Below are positions 50,150 through 58,538 of a stretch of DNA of 64,000 bases, in pieces (the stretch's first letter is position 1; each line of letters opens with the position of its first letter). Origin of the DNA: Candidatus Aldehydirespirator catecholifindens (GTDB taxonomy: Bacteria; Actinomycetota; Acidimicrobiia; Acidimicrobiales; Aldehydirespiratoraceae); assembly GCA_028283245.1 (NCBI GenBank), contig JAPYNU010000073.1, positions 383-64,382 on the forward strand. Direction: 5' to 3'. The position numbers and the translations under genes are program-made. The notes beneath the pieces were generated by a model. The model was not told where the DNA came from. It searched no databases and was given only the letters and a program-made list of their open reading frames with translations.

Positions 50150-51508
50150 TCACAGATCCCATAGGCAAGACATTGGCAGAGCTGCAATGCGATCTTTAAG
50201 CCTGTGCGGTTGCTGGCCTGTGTAAAGCACAATGCCGATTTCGAAGCGGTCGCCGATTTGGTCACGCAGCCAGGCCAGCGACTTAGCATCAGTAGGCCTT
50301 ACCGTAGCCGAGGCCTTTACCTCAACTGCGATCAGGCGCCCATCGGGGTGCTCTATCAGTAGATCAATCTCACGCCCAAGCGAGTCTCGGTAGTGACAAA
50401 AACGCAACTCTGGGGCCACCGCTTGCGCCTGCCTATGCAGTTCAGAGAACACAAACGATTCGTGCAACTGTCCTCGCTCATGCGTTTCTGGATCGCTGAG
50501 CGTCTCGGCTGCCACACCGAGCATCGCTGCGGCCAGACCCGAATCCGTGACGTGAACTTTCGGCCTGCGTTTAGCGCGTGTTGGAGCGGACGAAGCCCAA
50601 CCATCCAAACGACACACAAGATGAGTCATCTCTAGATACGAGAGATAGTCGGCGGTCGTTTCAATGCTGCCAAACCCCATGTCGCGGTGAAGGTCCTGCA
50701 TGACGAGTTCTCCCGCGGTGCGAGCCGACACTGCACGCAACAGTCGAGGCAGTTCGCTCGAACGCCGTGCTCCGGTCAACTCAACAATGTCACGAGTCAC
50801 CAACGCGTGGACATACGACTGGAACCAGAGTTGCCGGTCGGTGTCCGACAGGCTAAGCACCTCTGGATAGCCACCCCGGCACACTCGCTCGGCATACTGA
50901 AAACGGTCAAGGGGAGCATACGAAGCCCCTAGGAGTTGCTCAAGACATCCCCCAGTGTCGCTAAGTAACTGCGCCAGCAACCCGTCGGATTGACCACATA
51001 TCTCTACCTCCGACAACGGTGCCAACTCAAAGAACACGGCTCGACCAGCAAGAGACTCTGACAGTACCGGAACATGAAGGAAGCCAGCCGAGCCGGTCAG
51101 CAAGAACTGGCCGGGTGACGGATCAGCATCAACGGCCAACTTGATTGCCCTTACTAGATCGTCGCCACCGCGCTGCACCTCGTCGATGACGGTCGGGCGG
51201 TTGCGTCCGCTTATGAAACCCAGCGGATCTTCGCGGGCGAGCTCCACCAGAACTGCCTCGTCAAGGCTCAAAAATGACTGACCAAGAGTCACAGGCTTTC
51301 CAGCAAGAGTCAAAGGCTTTCCAGCAAGAGTCAACGGCTTTCCAGCAAGAGTCAACGGCTTTCCGCTAGCGGCAATCTGGCGCGCCAACGTCGACTTGCC
51401 CGACTGACGGGGGCCCGAAAGCACCACAATCCGAAACGTCTCAAGCGCTCTTCGCAGAACCGGCTCAATCTGGCGCGGAACAATCTTCTGTATCGTCTCT
51501 GGTGGCAC
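50150..51508 (-). CDS. AAA-family ATPase with a C-terminal DUF4143 (restriction-endonuclease-like) domain, carrying an internal GKPLTLA repeat
   Basis: Walker A LSGPRQSGKSTLARQIA, Walker B-like VIDEVQ, LTGSAGF...SESLAGR. C-terminal PD-(D/E)xK-like REIDLLIEHPDGRLIAVEVKAS. Between Walker A and B lies the insert SGKPLTLAGKPLTLAGKPLTLAGKPVTLG. Confidence 0.8.
   Translation of the reverse strand: MPPETIQKIVPRQIEPVLRRALETFRIVVLSGPRQSGKSTLARQIAASGKPLTLAGKPLTLAGKPLTLAGKPVTLGQSFLSLDEAVLVELAREDPLGFISGRNRPTVIDEVQRGGDDLVRAIKLAVDADPSPGQFLLTGSAGFLHVPVLSESLAGRAVFFELAPLSEVEICGQSDGLLAQLLSDTGGCLEQLLGASYAPLDRFQYAERVCRGGYPEVLSLSDTDRQLWFQSYVHALVTRDIVELTGARRSSELPRLLRAVSARTAGELVMQDLHRDMGFGSIETTADYLSYLEMTHLVCRLDGWASSAPTRAKRRPKVHVTDSGLAAAMLGVAAETLSDPETHERGQLHESFVFSELHRQAQAVAPELRFCHYRDSLGREIDLLIEHPDGRLIAVEVKASATVRPTDAKSLAWLRDQIGDRFEIGIVLYTGQQPHRLKDRIAALPMSCLWDL
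51283..51366. repeat. 4 x 21-nt in-frame tandem repeat inside the ATPase gene
   Basis: Units: caagagtcacaggctttccag / caagagtcaaaggctttccag / caagagtcaacggctttccag / caagagtcaacggctttccgc. Confidence 0.92.
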
Positions 51509-51517
51509 AAATCAATG

Positions 51518-51563
51518 CTACCAGTAGTTTTATCAACTGGCTACCAGTAGTTTTATCAACTGG
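51518..51563. repeat. 2 x 23-nt perfect tandem duplication in the AT-rich region upstream of the ATPase gene
   Basis: ctaccagtagttttatcaactgg occurs twice, 10-55 nt upstream of the ATPase start (51508), followed by ctagttataattttgtacattactg. Candidate operator or promoter duplication. Confidence 0.85.
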
Positions 51564-51717
51564 CTAGTTATAATTTTGTACATTACTGATCGGTTGAACA
51601 GGCGGGCTGAATGCTTGCATGTCGACCCCACCGAGCCAGCACGATGCTTGAACTACATATTCACCAACGTGCCTGCCGGGATTTATATGAACCACGACAG
51701 CATGTGGCGGAGGGGTA

Positions 51718-52041
51718 TTAGGTCTGCTGGACTTTCAGTTCAATGTCGACACCCGCAGGCACTTCAAGGCGCTGCAGGGTGTCGACAGTCTTTTTGTTGG
51801 GTTCCAAGATGTCCAGCAGACGCTTGTGAATGTGCATCTCAAAGTGCTCGCGAGAATCTTTATCTTTGAAGGGTGAGCGCACCACCGTGAAACGATGCTT
51901 CTCGGTGGGCAGCGGCACAGGGCCTCGAAACTCGGCCTGGGTGCGCTTCACGGTCTCAACGATTTTCTTGGTGGACTGATCAAGGATCTCATGGTCGTAG
52001 GCCTTGAGCCTGATCCGAACCCTCTGCTTCGCTGCCGCCAC
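51718..52041 (-). CDS. rpsJ: 30S ribosomal protein S10
   Basis: [34 protein letters not shown]...[23 protein letters not shown]. Confidence 0.96.
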   Translation of the reverse strand: MAAAKQRVRIRLKAYDHEILDQSTKKIVETVKRTQAEFRGPVPLPTEKHRFTVVRSPFKDKDSREHFEMHIHKRLLDILEPNKKTVDTLQRLEVPAGVDIELKVQQT

Positions 52042-52081
52042 AAGAACCTCTTCGCTGTCTCGGTGCCCGAATGATCAGGAT

Positions 52082-53269
52082 CTACTTGATGATCTTGATG
52101 ACCGAGCCCGCACCGACAGTGCGGCCTCCTTCACGGATGGCGAAGCGCAGCCCCTCATCCATGGCAATCGGGTTGATCAGATCAACATGCATGACAGTGT
52201 TGTCGCCAGGCATGCACATCTCGGTGCCTTCAGGCAGGTTGATGGTGCCGGTCACATCAGTCGTCCGGAAATAGAACTGTGGCCGATAATTCGAGAAGAA
52301 CGGCTTGTGGCGACCACCCTCCTCTTTGCTCAGCACATACACCTGCGCTTCAAACTCGGTGTGAGGAGTGATGCTCTTGGGTGCAGCCAGAACCTGCCCG
52401 CGCTGAACTTCGTCTTTGTCAACACCACGCAACAACGCGCCGATGTTGTCGCCCGCTTCGCCACGGTCAAGGATCTTGCGGAACATCTCCACGCCGGTGC
52501 AAGTGGTCTCTTGAGTGTTGCGAAGGCCGACAATCTCTACTTTGTTGCCGGTCTCAACCACGCCCTGCTCAACACGTCCAGTGACGACAGTGCCTCGCCC
52601 AGTAATTGAGAACACGTCCTCAATGGGCATCAGGAACGGCTTGTCGATATCACGCTCAGGGGTGGGCACATAGTCATCCACCGCAGCCATCAGTTCCATC
52701 ACCTTTCCGGCTGCGGATTCGTCGCCTTCCAGCGCTTTCAGAGCCGACACTCCAATGACCGGTGTGTCATCGCCAGGGAAGTCGTATTCGTCAAGAAGTT
52801 CACGCACTTCAAGCTCGACCAGTTCGAGGATCTCCTCGTCGTCAACCATGTCCACCTTGTTGAGGGCCACAACAATGCGGGGAACCCCCACTTGGCGTGC
52901 CAACAGCACATGCTCACGAGTCTGAGGCATGGGACCATCCGCAGCCGACACCACCAAAATGGCACCGTCCACTTGGGCGGCACCAGTGATCATGTTCTTG
53001 ATGTAGTCGGCGTGACCCGGCATATCGACATGCGCGTAGTGACGGTTGTCGGTCTCGTATTCGACATGGGCGACATTGATGGTGATGCCGCGCTCACGCT
53101 CTTCGGGGGCGTTGTCGATCTTGTCGAACTCGGTGAATGCGGTGCCTTCCACGCGGTCTGACAGCACCTTGGTGATGGCAGCCGTAAGTGTGGTTTTGCC
53201 GTGGTCAATGTGACCCATAGTCCCCACGTTTACGTGAGGCTTGTTCCGCTCGAACTGCTCCTTGGCCAT
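52082..53269 (-). CDS. tuf: Elongation factor Tu
   Basis: ATG 53269 gives [32 protein letters not shown]... (395 aa). The track ORF has a 61-codon upstream extension. Confidence 0.97.
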   Translation of the reverse strand: MAKEQFERNKPHVNVGTMGHIDHGKTTLTAAITKVLSDRVEGTAFTEFDKIDNAPEERERGITINVAHVEYETDNRHYAHVDMPGHADYIKNMITGAAQVDGAILVVSAADGPMPQTREHVLLARQVGVPRIVVALNKVDMVDDEEILELVELEVRELLDEYDFPGDDTPVIGVSALKALEGDESAAGKVMELMAAVDDYVPTPERDIDKPFLMPIEDVFSITGRGTVVTGRVEQGVVETGNKVEIVGLRNTQETTCTGVEMFRKILDRGEAGDNIGALLRGVDKDEVQRGQVLAAPKSITPHTEFEAQVYVLSKEEGGRHKPFFSNYRPQFYFRTTDVTGTINLPEGTEMCMPGDNTVMHVDLINPIAMDEGLRFAIREGGRTVGAGSVIKIIK

Positions 53270-53312
53270 GGATTTTCCCTCTTGTGGTCTTCGTTGGTTT
53301 AAGGACTTCGGA

Positions 53313-55400
53313 TCACTCGCCGCGTACGCGTGCGACGATCTCCTTTTGCACGTTCGCAGGGGTGGGCTGGTACGAATCGAACTGCATCGTGTACGTGGCC
53401 CGCCCTTGCGTGCGTGATCGCAGGTCGGTACTGTATCCGAACATCTCCGCAAGCGGCACCTGCGCGCTCACCACTTGATTATTGCCGCGTCGTTCGGTGC
53501 CACGCATCTGACCGCGGCGAGCGTTGAGATCACCAACGACATCACCGAGGTAGTCGTCAGGGGTAACGATCTCCACCGCCATCACTGGCTCCAGCAAGAT
53601 CGGCTTGGCTTTGGGTGCCACTTCACGGAACCAGGCACTTCCGGCGATCTTGAAGGCCATCTCTGAAGAGTCCACGTCGTGAGTGCGTCCGTCGGTGAGA
53701 GTGACCTTGACATCAACGGTAGGGAAGCCTGCCAGCACACCGTTGCTCATGGCATCGCGGATGCCTTCATCCACCGGCTTGATGAACTCACGCGGGATAG
53801 CTCCAGCGCGAATCGTGCTCTCAAAAACATACTGTCCGCCGGGGTTGGGTTCGATCGTGGCTGTGACCACAGCGAACTGCCCCGAACCGCCGGTCTGCTT
53901 CTTATGCACGAAAGTGTGACCGGCGACGGTATTGGCGAGAGTCTCTCGGTATGCCACCTGAGGCTTGCCGACATTGGCTTGCACGTTGAACTCACGCAAC
54001 ATGCGGTCCACGAGCACCTCTAGATGCAACTCGCCCATACCGGCGATGATGGTCTGGGCGGTGTCGGCATCGGTGCGCACCCTGAACGTTGGGTCTTCCT
54101 CTGACAGCGCTGTGAGCGCCTTAGACATCTTGTCTTGGTCGGCTTTTGAGCGCGGCTCAACAGCCACATCAATCACTGGTTCGGGAAAATGCAAGTCTTC
54201 CAAAGCCACCTGATGCGCGGGATCACAAAGCGTGTCGCCGGTGCGACAGTCTTTGAGCCCTATTGCGGCAGCAATGTCGCCTGAGGCCACTGAAGTCAGA
54301 TCAACACGGTCGTTAGCGTGCATCTCTAGGATGCGTCCGATGCGTTCGGTGCGGCCGGTGCGAGTGTTCAGAACTTGTGCACCTTTTTCCAAAGTGCCGC
54401 TGTAGACACGGAAGTAGGTGAGCTTGCCGACATGAGGGTCGGTAGCGATTTTGAAAGCCAGCGCAGTTAGGGGCTCAGAGTCGTCGGCTGAGCGAGAAAC
54501 TGCGACACCGCTGCGAGGTTCGCTGCCGGTCACATCGGGCACGTCACTGGGCGACGGCAGATAGTCAATGATTGCGTCAAGCAGCGCCTGCACTCCCTTG
54601 TTCTTAAACGACGAACCGTTGAGCACAGGCACCAAGCCGCCCGTGAGAGTTCCGGCACGCACAGCTTCAGCAACCTCCGCTGAGCTGATCTCTTCGTCCT
54701 CAAGAAACTTCTCAAGCAGGCTCTCGTCATAGTCGGACAAGGTCTCAAGAAGGTCATGACGGTAGAGCTCGGCCTCTTCGAGCATGTCGTCAGGGACATC
54801 AGTCTCGGTCCAGGTAACCCCAAGGTCTTCACCTGACCAGATACGCGCACGCATTCTTACCAAGTCGATAATGCCCCGGTAGTCGGATTCGACACCGATC
54901 GGAAGCTGCAGCACTGCGATCTTGGTGGTCAGCCGTTCACGGATCGAGTCCAGCACGAAATGGAAGTCGGCACCGGTGCGGTCCATCTTGTTGACGAAAC
55001 ACAGCCGCGGAACGCGGTAACGATCGGCTTGACGCCACACCGTCTCACTCTGGGGTTCCACGCCAGCAACGCCATCGAACACGGCGACCGCACCATCGAG
55101 CACACGCAGCGAACGCTCAACTTCCACCGTGAAGTCAACATGGCCAGGAGTGTCAATGATGTTGATGCGATGATCACGCCAAATGCAGTGCGTGGCAGCC
55201 GAAGTGATGGTGATGCCGCGCTCTTGCTCTTGGGCCATCCAGTCCATAGTGGCTGCACCGTCATGGACCTCACCGATCTTGTAGTTGCGGCCCGTGTAAT
55301 ACAGGATCCGCTCGGTGGTGGTGGTTTTACCTGCATCAATGTGAGCCATGATGCCGATGTTGCGGGTTTTGGACAGGGGATATCGTTCGTTCGCGGGCAT
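53313..55400 (-). CDS. fusA: Elongation factor G
   Basis: ATG 55400 gives [37 protein letters not shown]... (695 aa). Confidence 0.97.
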   Translation of the reverse strand: MPANERYPLSKTRNIGIMAHIDAGKTTTTERILYYTGRNYKIGEVHDGAATMDWMAQEQERGITITSAATHCIWRDHRINIIDTPGHVDFTVEVERSLRVLDGAVAVFDGVAGVEPQSETVWRQADRYRVPRLCFVNKMDRTGADFHFVLDSIRERLTTKIAVLQLPIGVESDYRGIIDLVRMRARIWSGEDLGVTWTETDVPDDMLEEAELYRHDLLETLSDYDESLLEKFLEDEEISSAEVAEAVRAGTLTGGLVPVLNGSSFKNKGVQALLDAIIDYLPSPSDVPDVTGSEPRSGVAVSRSADDSEPLTALAFKIATDPHVGKLTYFRVYSGTLEKGAQVLNTRTGRTERIGRILEMHANDRVDLTSVASGDIAAAIGLKDCRTGDTLCDPAHQVALEDLHFPEPVIDVAVEPRSKADQDKMSKALTALSEEDPTFRVRTDADTAQTIIAGMGELHLEVLVDRMLREFNVQANVGKPQVAYRETLANTVAGHTFVHKKQTGGSGQFAVVTATIEPNPGGQYVFESTIRAGAIPREFIKPVDEGIRDAMSNGVLAGFPTVDVKVTLTDGRTHDVDSSEMAFKIAGSAWFREVAPKAKPILLEPVMAVEIVTPDDYLGDVVGDLNARRGQMRGTERRGNNQVVSAQVPLAEMFGYSTDLRSRTQGRATYTMQFDSYQPTPANVQKEIVARVRGE

Positions 55401-55590
55401 TGCGGTTCTTCCTGGGATTTTGGTAGGGGCGTTGCGGTTGGGATCCGGCTCACGCATCCCGCTCGCTTAGCCTGCGAGCCGCGTGAGGCGAGGCGGCGGA
55501 TTCTGAAAGTCGGAGAGGGTTGGTCAGTCGGGCGGTGTCACGAAGAGCGGCATCGTCATGGCAGCCGAACTAGCCACCAACAAACCGCAA

Positions 55591-55608
55591 CCGGGCAGCA
55601 ATGCCCGG
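55591..55608 (-). terminator. Short GC hairpin after the PIN-like gene, upstream of fusA
   Basis: ccgggca gcaa tgcccgg (7-bp stem, 4-nt loop), followed on the minus strand by ttgcggtttgttgg. Function is inferred only. Confidence 0.35.
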
Positions 55609-55656
55609 CCACAGATTATTCTACGCTACCGGCTCGCCAACTATGTGCAATACCCC

Positions 55657-55962
55657 TTAAGCAGATAAGCGGTCTAGTTGTTGGGGCTCGACATGACTAA
55701 CGCTGAGATGCTGTGTCCGACGCATCAGATTGGCGACAAGCGCGGGCCAGGGCAGGAATGGTCGGATCTGACGATGCTCAATCCAGTCAGCCTCTATTAC
55801 AGAGGTAAGTTCCTTGTGTAGGTGAAGGCCTTGCTTGAGTTCATCGACTACCGATTTAGGAACGACAGCCGTGTGGCCTGCTAAGATTGTCTTGAGTGCG
55901 TCCAAGCGCTGGGCACGGGCAAAGTGGCTGAGCGGGCCTGTATCGAATACAAAAACTGGCAT
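55657..55962 (-). CDS. PIN-like (COG2405/DUF3368-type) nuclease domain protein, apparently C-terminally truncated
   Basis: MPVFVFDTGPLSHFARAQRLDALKTILAGHTAVVPKSVVDELKQG...ADWIEH matches the N-terminal half of this PIN family as I recall it. The expected GEA...DD(x)AR second half is absent in all three frames. 101 aa. Confidence 0.45.
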   Translation of the reverse strand: MPVFVFDTGPLSHFARAQRLDALKTILAGHTAVVPKSVVDELKQGLHLHKELTSVIEADWIEHRQIRPFLPWPALVANLMRRTQHLSVSHVEPQQLDRLSA

Positions 55963-55971
55963 CTTGAGCAG

Positions 55972-57075
55972 TCACAACACAAAAGACCAAGCAGCTTCGA
56001 TAGGGAGAGTGGGGAGTTCGGGTAGGTCGTCCTCACTCCAAGTACCCAACAGGAGATCTAGCGCTCGAGCTGCAGTGATCTCCTCACCGGTGTAGGCAGC
56101 GAGAACCGCCTTGATGTAGCGATTCGGCAACTCTGGCGGAACAAGATCAGTAGGAACGACTAGTGCGTGCTCCACGATGTCGGCACGGCGAGTGCGGGTT
56201 ACGCGCACCTCATTGGCCTCTGCAGAAGACATAAGACCCAAATCGGTCAGCCGCTGTGCAAGCGTAGACATGTCCACCCGGAAGTGGCTCGCAGTCAAGA
56301 CAGCCTTCGTGCGGACAGGCTCGTCGCGCCGCCAACAGGACTGCAAAGCCGCCGCAGGTAGTAGAAGTGCCCGAGCGAAACGGTCGATCAGAGACTCATT
56401 GCGGGTGGCATCGAAATCGGCCACGTTCCAGTCGGTTGCGTATTCGTCAGCGAATACGTAGTGACCGAGTTCATGCGCGAGAGTCAGGCGGCGTCGACCT
56501 AAGGCACGGCTGCCGTTGACCACAGCTACCCCACCGCTGTCGAGCAGTACTGTGGCACCGTCTGCACCATGCTCGCCCAACTCAAGAGAGAAGACCAGCA
56601 GACCGATGTCAGCGGCTCGTTCGGTCAAGCGCAGAGCTGGCTCGGACCCTTCATAGCCGAGCAGCGTCCGTGCCTGCTTTGCAGCTTCTTCGGCCTCCTC
56701 AGAGGTATCGGGAACATGCAGTTCGGGAGTGGCAGGGAGATCAAAACCCGTGTCGATGCTCTGAAGGAACATGGTCTCGCGGGCGACACGCTCCGTCATC
56801 CGGTCGATTTGAGGGCTAGGCTCACCAGGTGCGGCGGCGCTGCGGCGCGACACCACCGCATGCGGAGCATCATCGAAGAGCCACTCGATGCGCATCTCTA
56901 GGACATCCGCCAATCGGGCAAGTTCCATAGCCTCAACCCGCCGTGCGCCCGTCTCAATCTTGGCCAGCGCACTGCGATGCAGTCCCGACCGCGCTGCACA
57001 CTCTTGCTGTGTGAGGCCCGCATCACGCCGAGCGGATGCGATCCTATTCCCCAACTTGCGGGCACTAACCGTCAT
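55972..57075 (-). CDS. XRE-family HTH fused to an ImmA/IrrE (COG2856) zinc metallopeptidase domain
   Basis: 367 aa. N-terminal HTH LGNRIASARRDAGLTQQECAARSGLHRSALAKIETG and the HExxH motif in LTLAHELGHYVFADEY. Its stop lies 9 nt before the PIN-like start. Confidence 0.85.
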   Translation of the reverse strand: MTVSARKLGNRIASARRDAGLTQQECAARSGLHRSALAKIETGARRVEAMELARLADVLEMRIEWLFDDAPHAVVSRRSAAAPGEPSPQIDRMTERVARETMFLQSIDTGFDLPATPELHVPDTSEEAEEAAKQARTLLGYEGSEPALRLTERAADIGLLVFSLELGEHGADGATVLLDSGGVAVVNGSRALGRRRLTLAHELGHYVFADEYATDWNVADFDATRNESLIDRFARALLLPAAALQSCWRRDEPVRTKAVLTASHFRVDMSTLAQRLTDLGLMSSAEANEVRVTRTRRADIVEHALVVPTDLVPPELPNRYIKAVLAAYTGEEITAARALDLLLGTWSEDDLPELPTLPIEAAWSFVL

Positions 57076-57179
57076 GTGTTCGATTATAGAACAATCCCAC
57101 GGCGGGCGTTCAAGCTTCGCTCTCAGGTCCGAATGGGTGATGGTGGGACAGTGAATGAAGTATGTCCCTGGGACGTGTG

Positions 57180-57667
57180 TTACCAGCGATAGTGAGCGAA
57201 GGCCTTGTTGGAATCAGCCATCTTCTGCAGGTCTTCTCGGCGCTTCACTGAAGCACCGAGGCCGTTGCCAGCGTCAAGCAACTCGCTGGCAAGCCGCTCG
57301 GCCATAGTGCGTTCACGGCGGCCTCTGGCGTAAGTAACGATCCAGCGGCAGCGGATCGCCAGCGTGGTGGCTCTGCGGGGCTTCACCTCAACAGGCACCT
57401 GATAAGTGGCACCACCAACACGACGGCTACGCACCTCCAGTTGCGGACGCACATTCTCAACGGCTCGTTTGAGAGTAGATACCGGCTCGGCACCAGTCTT
57501 TGTCTCAACAATTTCCATGGCATCATAACGATGCGCTCAGCGCAGGTGCGCTTGCCACGCTGCAAGACTTTGTTGATCACTTGAGTGACCAGCAGCGATT
57601 GATAGATCGGATCGGATTGAAGTTCGCGGCGCGCTGCTGACGGCGAGATCGGTGTTGATGCACGCAA
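57180..57667 (-). pseudogene. rpsG: 30S ribosomal protein S7 gene carrying three lesions (probable pseudogene, or an assembly error plus variation)
   Basis: The N-terminal part, ..[38 protein letters not shown], is in one frame (track ORF 57383..57667). The C-terminal part, (A)[45 protein letters not shown]...NKAFAHYRW, is in another (57180..57518). One extra T at 57527-57528 (gtt atg atg cc -> gtt tat gat gcc) would restore ...IVYDAMEIV.... The conserved MPRK N-terminus is missing, and only a TTG at 57667 is available, directly after a TGA. A perfect 6-nt tandem duplication, cagcgg x2 at 57343-57354, inserts two residues into the conserved A-x-R-W-(I/L)-V motif, giving AIRCRWIV. Confidence 0.8.
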
Positions 57668-57671
57668 TCAG

Positions 57672-58235
57672 ATGCACGCAGGACACACGCAGAGACACAA
57701 TTCAAACACCACTGACAGCGAGCCTGGTGTTGCAGGTGGGGGTTGGGTGGCTGACATCACGCTGGTCGCGCACGTTGGCGACGCCACCGGTGAACTAATC
57801 ACTGAACTCTCAGACGGATCACGGCTACCTGCAGCGGTGCTCGAAGAACTGTCATGCAATGCGCGATGGACAGGATTGGTGTATGACCGTTGCGGAGACG
57901 CGATCTGGCGCAGCAGATCAAGACGCACAGTCACCAACAGCCAATGGCAAACACTTCTCACCGACTACGGAGGCTGCTTCCACTGCGGGACACCACCAGC
58001 CATATGTCAAGCCCATCACATCATCCCCTATTCACAAGGCGGAGAAACCAGCGTCAACAACAACCCGCACCAGAATCAGAACCGCCACCCCACCGCACGC
58101 GATCACCGCCCAGAACCGAGAAGAGCAGAGCAAACCGGACCAGAACCAAAGCCAGAAACCCAGCCCGGTCACACTGTGGTGAAGACTGCACTCAAGCCGG
58201 AGTGTCAATCAGGCCACTTCTGTAATCAACGGTGA
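57672..58235 (+). pseudogene. 5'-truncated, 3'-degenerate HNH endonuclease remnant (actinobacterial DUF222/13E12-type)
   Basis: ...LSDGSRLPAAVLEELSCNARWTGLVYDRCGDAIWRSRSRRTVTNSQWQTLLTDYGGCFHCGTPPAICQAHHIIPYSQGGETSVNN is the C-terminal HNH core. The usual ~250-aa N-terminal domain is absent. The sequence after SVNN degenerates into P/Q/N/R-rich text in all frames. Confidence 0.65.
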
Positions 58236-58297
58236 AGACCAGTCACGCTCTAGTGAACACTGCCCTCCCCAATAAGCAGATAACTAGAAATGGGCTC

Positions 58298-58357
58298 GGC
58301 ATAACCGACATTGGCATAACCGACATTGGCATAACCGACATTGGCATAACCGACATT
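58298..58357. repeat. 4 perfect tandem copies of a 15-mer (ggcataaccgacatt), non-coding
   Basis: Read directly. Units at 58298, 58313, 58328 and 58343. Lies between the HNH remnant and the 3' end of hipA. Confidence 0.95.
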
Positions 58358-58538
58358 TATGTGCTCGTCTCGCAAGCTGCTCCCCTCCCCCATCGTCAGG
58401 CGAACGGACCGTTGTGGTCCTGTAGGCCGGAAGGAACCCGCGACAGGACACAGCAGTCGGGCAACACAACCAGCGAAACGCAAACTCTCCACTGGCCATC
58501 AGCCCCACCCCACCCAACACTCAAACGCGAAGAGCCGG

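Noticed and set aside
51576-51869. 97-aa plus-strand ORF starting in the island/rpsJ spacer
   Set aside because: It runs antisense into rpsJ, and its sequence is Cys/Arg-rich and featureless.
53270-53452. N-terminal ORF-track extensions of tuf (and likewise fusA to 55457, rplC to 45874, groES to 22107, rpsZ to 39121, secY to 36218, rpsD to 32977, rplM from 27620)
   Set aside because: The conserved N-termini begin at internal starts, often with an RBS and often just after the upstream gene's stop. The extensions are non-conserved and overlap neighbouring genes.
55641-55675. Shared motif cccc..aagcagataa..ctag at 55641-55675 and 58262-58290, as possible direct repeats bounding a mobile segment
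   Set aside because: Only an 11-nt exact core plus short flanks matches. Matches of that length are expected by chance many times in 64 kb. The bounded segment would also include rpsG, which makes no sense as a mobile-element cargo.
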